From: a virus
Taxonomy: Duplodnaviria > Heunggongvirae > Uroviricota > Caudoviricetes
IMG/VR virus record: IMGVR_UViG_3300037067_005176
Coordinates: 1-61,080 of that record
Strand: one strand, 5' to 3'
DNA: 61,080 bases
Notes under the pieces: generated by a model
Told to the model about the DNA's origin: nothing
Databases searched by the model: none
Seen by the model: the letters and a program-made list of their open reading frames with translations, nothing else
Made by a program: the position numbers and the translations under genes
Shown: positions 46,503 through 56,380 of the stretch, piece by piece
Layout: each line of letters begins with the position of its first letter
Position numbering within the stretch: position 1 is the first letter of the stretch

Positions 46503-47411
46503 TTATATAAGAGGTTTAAAGTTTGTAACAAACTCTTGAAGATATGCGACCAAGCCATTGCTACCTTGTTTGCAGAAAAAATCCATCAGAGCTCTTCCTC
46601 TAAATTCTGATGTTTGGTATGAATTAAAACATTCTTTTATTGCAACAGCGACATCGTCTGGAATGCAATCAAAATCGATAAGAATCTTGTTTCTTTCAAA
46701 GTTTTTAGCTTTGTCCGGATCGTTCAATTCTTTACCCAAATCCTTCATCATTTTCTCAGCGGTTTTCTGTCCAACACGATCAGCAATCGCAGGAACATTA
46801 TCACCTTTGTCACCCCTGATAATCTTGACCAAAAGATATTGTTTCGGATTAATGCACTTCACAATATTCTTTTTAAGAGGATCATACTGACTGTAATTTG
46901 CATACTTATAAAGTTGATACATATCTCGGTCAGTTGAAATACAAATACATTTCCAATCTGGTAAAATATCTCTTACAAGAATTGCAATAATATCGTCGCC
47001 TTCGCAACGTGGACACGACATTACGTAGGCATTAGGAAATGCCTTTTTAAATTCTTCAATAAATGATTCACAAGCAGGAAAGAATTTTTCAAAATCAATT
47101 GGTGATTCATCTCGACCAGCTTTTCGATTTTCTTTGTAAAGACTATAAACTTCCTTTCTCCATGAATCGCCTTTATCAAGTGCCAAAATCAATCGTCCAG
47201 GTTTATGTTTCTTTACAGCTGCGTTAATACTTTGTAGCATCAATGTTTTCCAATACTTAAATTCAACATCAGTAGGATCTTCATGATGTGCAACAAATAA
47301 TGTTCTAAAAATAAGATTATGAGCATCAAAAATTAATGCGACTTTATCACGTCTTTCTTCAGGAGAATTAAATTCAATTGCGCCACCCTTAACAAACTTT
47401 TCAAGTCCCAT
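46503..47411 (-). CDS. rnh: T4 RNase H-like 5'-3' exonuclease
   Basis: SWRK..Y..YKENR, EGDD, STDRD, GDKGDNVP. Confidence 0.9.
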   Translation of the reverse strand: MGLEKFVKGGAIEFNSPEERRDKVALIFDAHNLIFRTLFVAHHEDPTDVEFKYWKTLMLQSINAAVKKHKPGRLILALDKGDSWRKEVYSLYKENRKAGRDESPIDFEKFFPACESFIEEFKKAFPNAYVMSCPRCEGDDIIAILVRDILPDWKCICISTDRDMYQLYKYANYSQYDPLKKNIVKCINPKQYLLVKIIRGDKGDNVPAIADRVGQKTAEKMMKDLGKELNDPDKAKNFERNKILIDFDCIPDDVAVAIKECFNSYQTSEFRGRALMDFFCKQGSNGLVAYLQEFVTNFKPLI

Positions 47412-47414
47412 TAA

Positions 47415-48080
47415 TTACCTCTTTTCAATAAAATCAGTCGCTAACAAATTTTGTGGTTGAGCCTTCGTAACTCTGTTAAACAACTTAATTTTGGTTTCAT
47501 CTAAATCTTTCAATTGAACCAATCCTTTTCTCAACTTTAATTCAAGTTGTAAAAATCTTGAAATCCAATATGCATCAACGATATCTGAAGTTGGAGAAAC
47601 TCCATTTCCTTTTGCAACTACAGGCATTTTGGAAATATCAGGCTTCAAAGCATTTTCTTTTAAAAATGCTTGATACATTGATAACTTATCAGAGTTACCA
47701 AATGTTGTTGCAAACATTTTGATAGAAGGAATATCATAAACACGAAGCTTCTTATTATCTGAATATTGTTTAAGCTTTACAAAACCACAAAACTCAGCAA
47801 GATCGGTAATATTACCGCTGCCGCCGTATGCATAGTCTTCAAGCGCAATATGAGATACATCTTCTAAGAAATCAAATATAATATTTTCAAGTTTCAAAAA
47901 CTGATCCTGATCGAAATTAAAATCATCTTTCTTAAAGAAGTTAATTCCCTTAGATTCGTTCTTTTTAACACTTGTAAACCCACAAAATTCGACATTTGTA
48001 ATATCCAATGTCCAATCGTCTAAAGTCAGTTTAACGCATCCTGGACTGTTTTTGGATAAATCCAATCCTGCTATTTTCAT
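47415..48080 (-). CDS. RuvC-like Holliday junction resolvase
   Basis: GLDLS, ALEDYAY, DIVDAYW. Confidence 0.75.
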   Translation of the reverse strand: MKIAGLDLSKNSPGCVKLTLDDWTLDITNVEFCGFTSVKKNESKGINFFKKDDFNFDQDQFLKLENIIFDFLEDVSHIALEDYAYGGSGNITDLAEFCGFVKLKQYSDNKKLRVYDIPSIKMFATTFGNSDKLSMYQAFLKENALKPDISKMPVVAKGNGVSPTSDIVDAYWISRFLQLELKLRKGLVQLKDLDETKIKLFNRVTKAQPQNLLATDFIEKR

Positions 48081-48088
48081 AATGTCTC

Positions 48089-49132
48089 CTAAAAATATAA
48101 AACATCAATGTAACTATTCGTAAAATATTTTTTAAGATCTTCAAATGAGAACTTATCAATATTTAATCGTAGTATGACATCATTGATATCTTTAATGTCT
48201 TTGGTTAATGATTTGTCTTTAATGAAATCTTTCCAAAGAAAAACAAACTTACCTTCTTTCAAAAACTTACGGGCTTTGGTGTTTCCAGCCTCGTCATTGT
48301 CAAACAAATAGTATGCATTCATTTCATCAATCTGTCTTTGCATTTTATCGCCAAGCTCAAGACCTAATGTTGCAATTCCATTTTCAACGAACATCGAGTC
48401 AATAGGTCCTTCTAAAACAATAACTGGCTTTGCTTTGTCAATGCCATAAAAATTATAAATTGCTTCAGACTTATCAACTGTTCGATTTAAATACTTCGGT
48501 TCTTCACCATAAAGATGACGACCTTGCCAATAATAAACTTGACCATCTTTGTCAAGAAATGGAATGATTAATCTATTTCTATACTTTCCACCTGTAGCAA
48601 CATAAAAATTCTTCCAAACATCATTTGGAATTTTACGTCGTTCACAATAAGCTCGTGAATCGATGAATATTTGATCTTTACCTTTTAAAATAGGCTTGAA
48701 GAATCTTATGTCTCGTTTTTCGGCTACCAATTTTTTGGCATTCTCAATTTCAATTTCTTTATCTTTTTGTAAACGAAGCTTTTCAATTTTTGCACGAATA
48801 GCAGATGCATGATCGTCATCTCTATCGCATTGTTTTAATTCGTTTTTATAGCAATTATGTAAAAATGGATCAGTGTTCTTAAGCCACCATTCAGCTGACC
48901 ATCCTTCATTTGCTCTGCAAGTTGGACGCTGACATTTGTAGACCCAATATTTTTCACGACCTTTGTGATTGAATAATAGGAATCCACGTTTAGTATGTCT
49001 TTTAGTTGGATTCTCGCCACAGATATTACACCGAAAATTCATTCTATATTTTGAAACAACTGAACCACTAATTGCACGGACAGCCTGAAGCAAATATTTT
49101 TCTAACACGATATAATTCAAACTTTCATTCAT
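48089..49132 (-). CDS. DNA primase (T4 gp61-like)
   Basis: NFRCNICG Zn finger, RLIIPF, QGR, EGPIDS, FDND, KDIND. Confidence 0.9.
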   Translation of the reverse strand: MNESLNYIVLEKYLLQAVRAISGSVVSKYRMNFRCNICGENPTKRHTKRGFLLFNHKGREKYWVYKCQRPTCRANEGWSAEWWLKNTDPFLHNCYKNELKQCDRDDDHASAIRAKIEKLRLQKDKEIEIENAKKLVAEKRDIRFFKPILKGKDQIFIDSRAYCERRKIPNDVWKNFYVATGGKYRNRLIIPFLDKDGQVYYWQGRHLYGEEPKYLNRTVDKSEAIYNFYGIDKAKPVIVLEGPIDSMFVENGIATLGLELGDKMQRQIDEMNAYYLFDNDEAGNTKARKFLKEGKFVFLWKDFIKDKSLTKDIKDINDVILRLNIDKFSFEDLKKYFTNSYIDVLYF

Positions 49133-49152
49133 ATGAAATCTTCTTTAAAATA

Positions 49153-49200
49153 AAAAATCCCAGTAAGTATTATAAATTAATTCAAACCTACTGGGATTTT
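49153..49200 (-). terminator. Intrinsic terminator after gp32
   Basis: AAAATCCCAGTA/TACTGGGATTTT inverted repeat. Confidence 0.6.
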
Positions 49201-49211
49201 TTATTTTTTAC

Positions 49212-50159
49212 TTATTCACCTTTTCTGAGACGAGCAAAGAATGCGTCGTCATCTTCTTCAGAACCAACAGCTGGAGCAGCGGCTGGAGTTTCGGTCTTTG
49301 TTGCTTTATTTCCTGCCTTAGCAGATGAACTTTCAACAGGTGCATCCTCTGATTGAGCTGATGAATTTGATGCAGCTCTTGAAGAACTTCCGCCCTTCAA
49401 TTCGACACCAATTGTTGAACCCATCTTATCTTCATACACAGTGCAAAGCTGATCAAAAGACTTGAACTGTTTTGGATCAACAAGATAACCAAGTTTGTAA
49501 ATCTGATTCTCAAGTTCATCAAGCTGTGTATCAGTCAATGCTTTTCCGTTTATAGAAATTGGGGAAGGTTCCGCAAAGGTCGACGCATCATAATTTGGAA
49601 CTGGCTTCTTAAATTTTGGAATGATCGTTTGCTTAACTTTGAGTTTGAAATTTGCGCCCTTCTCATAGTCAAAAATTGGAACCATTTCATCAATCTCAGG
49701 ATTCTTAGGTGCAATCTTTTCCATGATCTTGTCATGAATTTTAATTCCGTAACGAAACTTGAAAACCTTTCCTTCAGTTTCCGGTTGATTTGGATTTTTA
49801 ACAATCAAGATGTTAGCATAGAAACTAACCTTACGTTTTCTATTCTTTGCAAGATCTTCGTTCGTATCATAGATGCGGCCATTGTCCATACAAATAGGAC
49901 ACTTCTGACCAATAGTTGTTGGACAATTCTCAATGAACCAACCACCAGCATCCCCTTGGAATCCATGACTGTACAATTTTTGGAAAGGAAGATCTTCACT
50001 CACATTTGGAGGAAGGAAACGAACTAATGCATTGAATGTTCCATCTTCACTAAACTTTGGTTGGAAAAATCCTTCATCCTGTTCATAGGACTTCTTCTTA
50101 TCACCTTCTACGATCTTCTGCGAAATTGCATTCCAATCAAATACACGTCTAATACTCAT
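49212..50159 (-). CDS. ssDNA-binding protein (T4 gp32-like)
   Basis: VRFLP, HGFQ, WFIENCPTTIG..CPIC, GANFKLK, NYD, acidic DDDAFFARL tail. Confidence 0.95.
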   Translation of the reverse strand: MSIRRVFDWNAISQKIVEGDKKKSYEQDEGFFQPKFSEDGTFNALVRFLPPNVSEDLPFQKLYSHGFQGDAGGWFIENCPTTIGQKCPICMDNGRIYDTNEDLAKNRKRKVSFYANILIVKNPNQPETEGKVFKFRYGIKIHDKIMEKIAPKNPEIDEMVPIFDYEKGANFKLKVKQTIIPKFKKPVPNYDASTFAEPSPISINGKALTDTQLDELENQIYKLGYLVDPKQFKSFDQLCTVYEDKMGSTIGVELKGGSSSRAASNSSAQSEDAPVESSSAKAGNKATKTETPAAAPAVGSEEDDDAFFARLRKGE

Positions 50160-50238
50160 ACTTCACCTCATTAATAATTTTTAACTTCACGTTTTATTAT
50201 TTTAACTTAAACATCAGAATTTAAATAATAAAATAGTT

Positions 50239-50652
50239 CTAATGTATTTTACCTTTGCTTATTAGCATTTTAGTTTTATCGGATTTATGTGTTCCAAAAT
50301 TTGGATTTAAATGCCCAGTATTATTTAAACTTTGAGTTTTTGAAAAAACTATTTTCAACATTTCATATTGTTTTGATGTCAATCGTCTTTCAAAATATTG
50401 CTTATTTCCATGAACTATTCTATTATAGGCGCACAGTAGTTTATGATTTTCTTTATTAGTTTTCCAAAGCAACCAATGACATAAATAATGTTCGCGACCT
50501 GTTAGCAATACATAGTTTGAATTTTCGTTTAAACCACCAAGACATTTTGGAACTATATGATGCTTTTCAAAATAGCCTTTAAGAAGTTTCTTGTTAAGAC
50601 CTCTTAACTTTGCTTGTTCGATTATCTCATCATATATTCTTTGGTAATTCAT
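50239..50652 (-). CDS. HNH endonuclease (MNYQRIY family), C-terminally short
   Basis: EKHHIVPKCLGG...REHYLCHWLL. Confidence 0.8.
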   Translation of the reverse strand: MNYQRIYDEIIEQAKLRGLNKKLLKGYFEKHHIVPKCLGGLNENSNYVLLTGREHYLCHWLLWKTNKENHKLLCAYNRIVHGNKQYFERRLTSKQYEMLKIVFSKTQSLNNTGHLNPNFGTHKSDKTKMLISKGKIH

Positions 50653-51242
50653 ATTTCTTCGTTGTTTATTTTATTTGTTATTTGCTTCGTTGCTTTGACA
50701 AATCTAAGCATTCTTTCGTCTAACTTTGATTCATCCAATACAAATACGCCATTCTTATACATTACTGAAAAAATCAGCGGACTTGTATAATTATTTATAA
50801 CAAGTTCATACAAATAATTTTTGCCATTTGGGTTTATTTTATATAGCTTGTCGTGAATTGGTACGAGTTTTTCAAAGACTGTTTTAGGCTTCAATTTCTC
50901 TATCACATCAACTATAAATTGCTTATCCTGTTCATACCTTTTCTGCGAATAAATATCCGCATTTTTTATTATCTCATTAGTTTTCAAATTCGACCATTTG
51001 AAAAAATCATCATTAAAAATATAATGATTTAAAACAAACAATCTAACGTGTTCAAGTGTAATGATTTGCGAATTTATCGAATCGCTAATTCCTCCGCAAA
51101 TCGTTTTTATGTAACTTGGTTGCAAATCCCAATGTCCTTTAAATCCTTTAAAGAGATTGAGTTTTTCCTTCTTCATCTTTGACTTTTCAAAGAACTTTTT
51201 TAAGTTGAAAACAACAAAGAAAACTTTCATTCCTGAACACAT
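50649..51242 (-). CDS. Hypothetical protein, positional candidate for gp59 helicase loader
   Basis: Size and T4-like 33-59-32 synteny only. Confidence 0.35.
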   Translation of the reverse strand: MCSGMKVFFVVFNLKKFFEKSKMKKEKLNLFKGFKGHWDLQPSYIKTICGGISDSINSQIITLEHVRLFVLNHYIFNDDFFKWSNLKTNEIIKNADIYSQKRYEQDKQFIVDVIEKLKPKTVFEKLVPIHDKLYKINPNGKNYLYELVINNYTSPLIFSVMYKNGVFVLDESKLDERMLRFVKATKQITNKINNEEI

Positions 51243-51304
51243 CTTTTACCTTTATGTTTATTGAAATTCAAATTTAAAATAAATTCCAGAAATTTGAATA
51301 GTTT

Positions 51305-51712
51305 TTAGGAAAAATACAATTTTAATGAGGAGTTAACTTTATTAGATTTTAATTTATATCTCTTTAATAACTCTTGTCTAATGAGGTATAAATTTTCCTC
51401 ATTCAGGCACTTAACAATTGTCTTCATATCGAAAAATTCTTTATACAAATATACTGCAGACTCAACAATATTGATGTCTCCACATAAATGCAATTTCTTT
51501 AAAAGAATATTCAAAATGTAAAACTGTTCATTGCAAGCTCGCTTCTTTGAAATAATTTTTAAAATATCATTTGGTAAACGAGTCTCGGGATCAATGTCAG
51601 TCAAATCAATTCCGGAATCCTGAATTTTTTTCAAAAATTCAGTTCGTGACATTATTTCATTTATATCAGATTTATCAATTATTTCTTCAAATGTTCCCAT
51701 TATCAACCTCAT
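51305..51712 (-). CDS. Possible late transcription coactivator (gp33-like)
   Basis: Synteny and C-terminal SLKLYF clamp-binding-like motif. Confidence 0.4.
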   Translation of the reverse strand: MRLIMGTFEEIIDKSDINEIMSRTEFLKKIQDSGIDLTDIDPETRLPNDILKIISKKRACNEQFYILNILLKKLHLCGDINIVESAVYLYKEFFDMKTIVKCLNEENLYLIRQELLKRYKLKSNKVNSSLKLYFS

Positions 51713-52899
51713 TCAAATGCTATGTTTTTTACGGATTTGCCATTCTTAAGAATGTTTACGACAGCTTCATCAACTAAATTTTTTGGACGTGGTTTTTGAT
51801 CTTCTTCACCATCGACAATATTGAATAAGCGTTGCTTGAATTTATCACACCCAACTGAAATTTTCATGCCTTTTAATCCATAACGACTCTTAAGTAAAAA
51901 AAATGTAAACATACCTGCAGCAGCTAATTCTGGAGTTTCGGTTACACCGAAAATTACGTCAGCTTTCGTTGTTTGTCCAAACGAATCTGCGGTATCCGTC
52001 AAATCAATTTCTGAAGCGGTTGAACCACCTCTATTTGTTTGTGCGCCAGAAACTACAGGAATTGAATATTCCATTCCAATTGCTCGAGTCTGTCCTGCAA
52101 CTAAACGAAGAACATCATTTGAATTTAAGTTGGAATTTTGTTTACCATTTGGCATCATACAGCCAATATAGTCAATAAACATAATCTCTGGAACGAATTT
52201 CTTCTTTTGTTTCAAATCCTTAAATAATTGCCTAAGGTGATTTGCGCAAATTGTATATTCTGGAAATTCTTTGATAATAAGTTTCTGTTTTACGACTTTT
52301 TTGATTGCTTCAAATCTTCTCATGAAAGCTTCTTTACTCATTGTTCTCAATTGAGCTTTGTCAGCATCCATAAGATTGAACATAATACGATTTGCAATTT
52401 TATCTTCAGAATCTTCGAACGTTACATATAAAACATTTTTCCCTTGCATGATCATGTTTGTAGCTAAAGAACACATGATTAATGTTTTACCAACGTTAGT
52501 ATTATGACTTACCATATCTTCAGTATAATATTTATGCGATTCGTTAGCTACCTCTAAATCAACAACGTCTTCAACATCTTCGCAATCATGAACTTTTATA
52601 TCATGAAATTTACCATCCTTGCATAAAATTGTGTGAAGCTGCTCATTTAATCTCCAAGCAGGAACCCAGCCATCGCATGTTTCAAAAAGATGATCATAAC
52701 TTACTCTAATTTTCTTGTTATTGCATTCAATAATAAATAGTTTTTTAATGCCCTTTTCAACATATCTAACAACTTTAGTAAATCCTGAAGGGGAATCAAC
52801 TTCAACATTAATACCAGCATTTAAAAGTGCCTCAACGTCTTTTATTTCAACCTCTTCATAGTAATAATCTGAATCTTTCAATAATCCCATTTGTGTCAT
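51709..52899 (-). CDS. Replicative helicase gp41, C-terminal part, preceded by split intein C fragment (52501-52899)
   Basis: Intein blocks SYDHLF, VVDLEV, SHN|T; extein TNVGKT, YVTFE, IDY, AQTNR, DSFG. Confidence 0.9.
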   Translation of the reverse strand: MTQMGLLKDSDYYYEEVEIKDVEALLNAGINVEVDSPSGFTKVVRYVEKGIKKLFIIECNNKKIRVSYDHLFETCDGWVPAWRLNEQLHTILCKDGKFHDIKVHDCEDVEDVVDLEVANESHKYYTEDMVSHNTNVGKTLIMCSLATNMIMQGKNVLYVTFEDSEDKIANRIMFNLMDADKAQLRTMSKEAFMRRFEAIKKVVKQKLIIKEFPEYTICANHLRQLFKDLKQKKKFVPEIMFIDYIGCMMPNGKQNSNLNSNDVLRLVAGQTRAIGMEYSIPVVSGAQTNRGGSTASEIDLTDTADSFGQTTKADVIFGVTETPELAAAGMFTFFLLKSRYGLKGMKISVGCDKFKQRLFNIVDGEEDQKPRPKNLVDEAVVNILKNGKSVKNIAFE

Positions 52900-52952
52900 T
52901 TAATTCATTCTCCCACATACAAAAGTATATTAAATCGTTTGATTCTATAATT

Positions 52953-53567
52953 TCATTTTTTATATCGTATCCTAACTTTTGTATCTTTTGTTACACACCC
53001 TGCTAAGAATAATGAAAGTGATTTTTCATGGAATCCACCTTCAATCAAATCATCAATTGATTTAATTCCTGAAGGAACAACTTTATCAGTAAGTGAAAAA
53101 GAATTAAATAATCTTTCAGGATCTTCAAAGAAGTCTAAACCAATTCCTGTATTAAACGAGAATGAAAGCGACTCCATTATCTCATCAGGAACATCTCCTG
53201 CGGGTTTAATGTCTGGGCTCTTTAACGATTGAATCAATTTATCAGCGTTATTCCAAAGAAGTTTTCTTTTAAAATAATCTTCAATTTCGGACATCATAAA
53301 AGGCGTTTCATATTCTTCAGAATTTAATGATAAACATTCGCTAAACGCTTTTACAGTTGAATCATCTTTAACGAAAGTTTTAAATTCTACTTCATTAGGA
53401 AACTTATCGTATTTGTCAGAAAATGCCAAAACATTCTTGATGATATTCTGATTAGAAAAATCAGCATCAAAAATTTCAACTTTTAAAAATGGAAAAACTT
53501 TATCTCTTATTTCAGGGTCTCTAAAAAGAAGCTTGATTATTTGTTTTTCATACAACGAGGGATTCAT
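52953..53567 (-). CDS. Replicative helicase gp41, N-terminal part, ending in 14-aa split intein N fragment (52956-52997)
   Basis: ...EGGFHEKSLSLFLAG|CVTKDTKVRIRYKK*; start MNPSLY after SD GGAGG. Confidence 0.9.
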   Translation of the reverse strand: MNPSLYEKQIIKLLFRDPEIRDKVFPFLKVEIFDADFSNQNIIKNVLAFSDKYDKFPNEVEFKTFVKDDSTVKAFSECLSLNSEEYETPFMMSEIEDYFKRKLLWNNADKLIQSLKSPDIKPAGDVPDEIMESLSFSFNTGIGLDFFEDPERLFNSFSLTDKVVPSGIKSIDDLIEGGFHEKSLSLFLAGCVTKDTKVRIRYKK

Positions 53568-53667
53568 AATCCTCCATAAAAATATTTCAAATTCAAATAT
53601 AATAATAAAACTAAAAAAGGTCAAAAGATTTTCCACAGTTGACCTAAATTATTTTTTTTAATTTTTC

Positions 53668-54972
53668 TTATGCTGAAAGTAAGTCTTCTAATCCGCCGGC
53701 CTTGACATCCATTTCTCTACCAACGAAACTATATTTCTTTGCTAAGAACTGTTCGAAGTCAGTGTTCTTCAAAATAGGGATCCAAAATTCAGAACAATAA
53801 ATATCAGCTTCTTTCCAGCTTTTATCATCAGTAATGCATGGTCTTGAGTATCTACCTTGCTTAGGGGCAATAACACAACCATGTTCAATGGCATCATCAA
53901 GTAATCCATAAAACATATCAAGGCCTCCATCATGATTCATACGATACTTAAGCTTAGAAAATTCAATTGCTTTTCGTCCTTTCTTAGCTGTAGCTGTAAT
54001 AATTTTACCAACAATTTCGTTAGATTCTTTATCCTTAGCACCGCCCATACACATAACAATACCATCAGAATTAAAGTATAATCTTTTTCCTCCTGGGACT
54101 GAAAGGGGGTCACCAAATCCACCAGTATTTGCATAAACATGATTAATGACGAAATATGTCATATCAGACTCAGCCATAATATTTGCAAGTTCGTTTTTCC
54201 AGAAAGGTAATGACATATCTCTTGCGGTTGAACCTTCCGCGGCTTTATCCAAAATAACTTGAGAAACAAGTCGTCCCCAAGAATCGAAAAGAATAAAAGT
54301 ATTTTCTCTCTGGTCTCTTGTTTTACCTTCAGATATTTCTGAAATTGTTTGTTTAATTTTAGCGATTTCGCCAGTTTGAAGTACTGGTAACTTATTTGTA
54401 TTAATACCAAAGGCTTCTGCGAGATCCCAATCCCAAGAACGTTCGGTATCAATTACCATACATTCCATGCCTTTGCGTTGGGCCTCTCTCAAAATAGAAA
54501 GACCGATCATTGAATTGTGATTGATAACTCCGTTAGGACTTAAATACCAATGAGGGGATGGAATTGCAATATCATATACATAATCTTCAACGAAAAATTC
54601 TTTTGATAATATTTTTTTAATTCCAAATTTAGTCTGAATTTCTTTTGCATCAATTGCTTTTACTGAATTTCCAAATGAATCTTGGTACAAATGTCCTTCC
54701 GCAACTTTCATAATTCCACAATCTTCAATTTCAATTTTGATGATTCGTGTAATTCCTTTTTTTACCAATGCATCAATTTCAACTAAATCACTATCGGCGG
54801 TTTCTACAAAAAATCCTTTTGGGATGTTTAGTATATCACCTGTAAGGTCTTTTACTTTATTATCAAAATTGAACAACTTAAATAATTGTTCATACGTTAA
54901 TTCAATTGGAATTAATTCTGAATCATTTTCATCTGTAAAACCACCAATATCAGTAAAATGCTTATAAGCCAT
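53668..54972 (-). CDS. uvsX: UvsX/RecA recombinase, C-terminal part, preceded by split intein C fragment (54514-54972)
   Basis: AEGHL, VYDIAI, NHN|S; extein IDTE, FDSWG, INHVY, PGG. Confidence 0.9.
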   Translation of the reverse strand: MAYKHFTDIGGFTDENDSELIPIELTYEQLFKLFNFDNKVKDLTGDILNIPKGFFVETADSDLVEIDALVKKGITRIIKIEIEDCGIMKVAEGHLYQDSFGNSVKAIDAKEIQTKFGIKKILSKEFFVEDYVYDIAIPSPHWYLSPNGVINHNSMIGLSILREAQRKGMECMVIDTERSWDWDLAEAFGINTNKLPVLQTGEIAKIKQTISEISEGKTRDQRENTFILFDSWGRLVSQVILDKAAEGSTARDMSLPFWKNELANIMAESDMTYFVINHVYANTGGFGDPLSVPGGKRLYFNSDGIVMCMGGAKDKESNEIVGKIITATAKKGRKAIEFSKLKYRMNHDGGLDMFYGLLDDAIEHGCVIAPKQGRYSRPCITDDKSWKEADIYCSEFWIPILKNTDFEQFLAKKYSFVGREMDVKAGGLEDLLSA

Positions 54973-55029
54973 AATTATTCTCCTTTCATTCATAACCTAT
55001 CATACTTCTGCGTAGTAGGTTTAATTTAT

Positions 55030-56323
55030 TTATTCCTGTAAAAATTTTATACATTCATCGATACATTTTTGTTTATTATTCTTCCAATCTGATTCCCAGA
55101 TCGTTAAAACTTTATAACCTTGTGATTCGGCGATGTTTATCTTCTTTTTGTCGTTATCCCAAATCTGTTGTACTGTTGTTAATTGTTTCGAAAAATTAAA
55201 ATTTGATTCAGCTGTATATTTATTCGGATTTGCATGCCAATAATCGCCATTGAATTCTATGATTTTATTACCAACATTAACATCATAAAAATAGTGAAGA
55301 GCTGAAGAATGATTCAAACATAGTTGTGAATTTAAATCAAAGCCATTGGACAATAAAACTGTATATAGTTCCTTTTCAGGTTTGGAAATAAACGGGGATG
55401 CAATATTCATATTTCGCATTGCATTTATTCCACCGAATGCTTTAGCTTTATTAATCCTAGATTTTTCTTCATCAGATTTAGTATTTAATGTTTCAATCCA
55501 CTTTTGTTGTCTTTCAGTCCATTTCTTTAAACCATCTTCACCATATTTCTTTATCAATTTTTCTTTAGAAAAAGTTATTTGTCGATCTTTCAACTTTTCT
55601 TTAGCTTCTTCTTTTGAATAACCTTTATCAAGCCACCATTGTAATTTAGATGAAGATCTATTTTTTACATGTTCTAAGCCAAGTATCATGTTTTTGAAAT
55701 TTTTCTTTACCAATTTCTTTACCATGCTTTTTAATCATATTTTCGAGTGTTATTGCGCATGCCCGTTTTCTTTCATTTAATTCATTTTCATTTGAAAATA
55801 ATTCAGGTCTAAATGAATTTTTTAATTTATTAAGATCTTCATACTTTTTAGTGCCTTCTTCAATTCCATGTTTTTCAATAAAATATTCCTTTTTAACACC
55901 AGCATAAGATTGTTTTTTGCAATATAAATCCCATTTGGCTTTACCAACAATCTCGCCATGTTTTTTAATCATATTCTTCAAAGTCACAGCGGACTTTGAA
56001 TTCTTTTCATTGAATAAGTCTTCGCCAGTTTTACCATATCTCAATTTATATGATTCTAAACTATTACTTTTATTATATTTAGTAATCAATAAATTATATC
56101 TTTCAACATAATCACAGTCAACATCATATTTAGAAAGACCAGCAATCACTGATATCATTGCATTGGTTATAAAGCTTCCATCATAGTTATAATATTTAAT
56201 AAAGTTATATATTTTTTTATATATCGATTTAGTTAAAATGTCTTTATTACATATCGATTTAAATGCAGTTAAACCGATAAATCTTTTTAAAGTCATTCTT
56301 TGTTTCTTTTGACCTCGTGACAT
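55030..56323 (-). pseudogene. Vsr-like homing endonuclease between UvsX halves, split by a +1 frameshift near 55690
   Basis: Repeated (M)IKKHGxExG motifs in both ORFs; SKPE, YD, IIEFNGDYWH, IWESD nuclease domain. Confidence 0.75.
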
Positions 56324-56328
56324 ATAGA

Positions 56329-56365
56329 TTCTCCTTTAATTATAGATAATATAATTAAAGGAGAA
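56329..56365 (-). promoter_or_regulatory. Perfect 16-bp hairpin sequestering the endonuclease SD
   Basis: TTCTCCTTTAATTATA/TATAATTAAAGGAGAA. Confidence 0.7.
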
Positions 56366-56380
56366 CAGATTGTGCATTTA

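Noticed and set aside
52900-56380. Group I introns explaining the split helicase and uvsX
   Set aside because: Gaps are short or AT-rich with no recognisable intron core; intein blocks at the junctions explain the split
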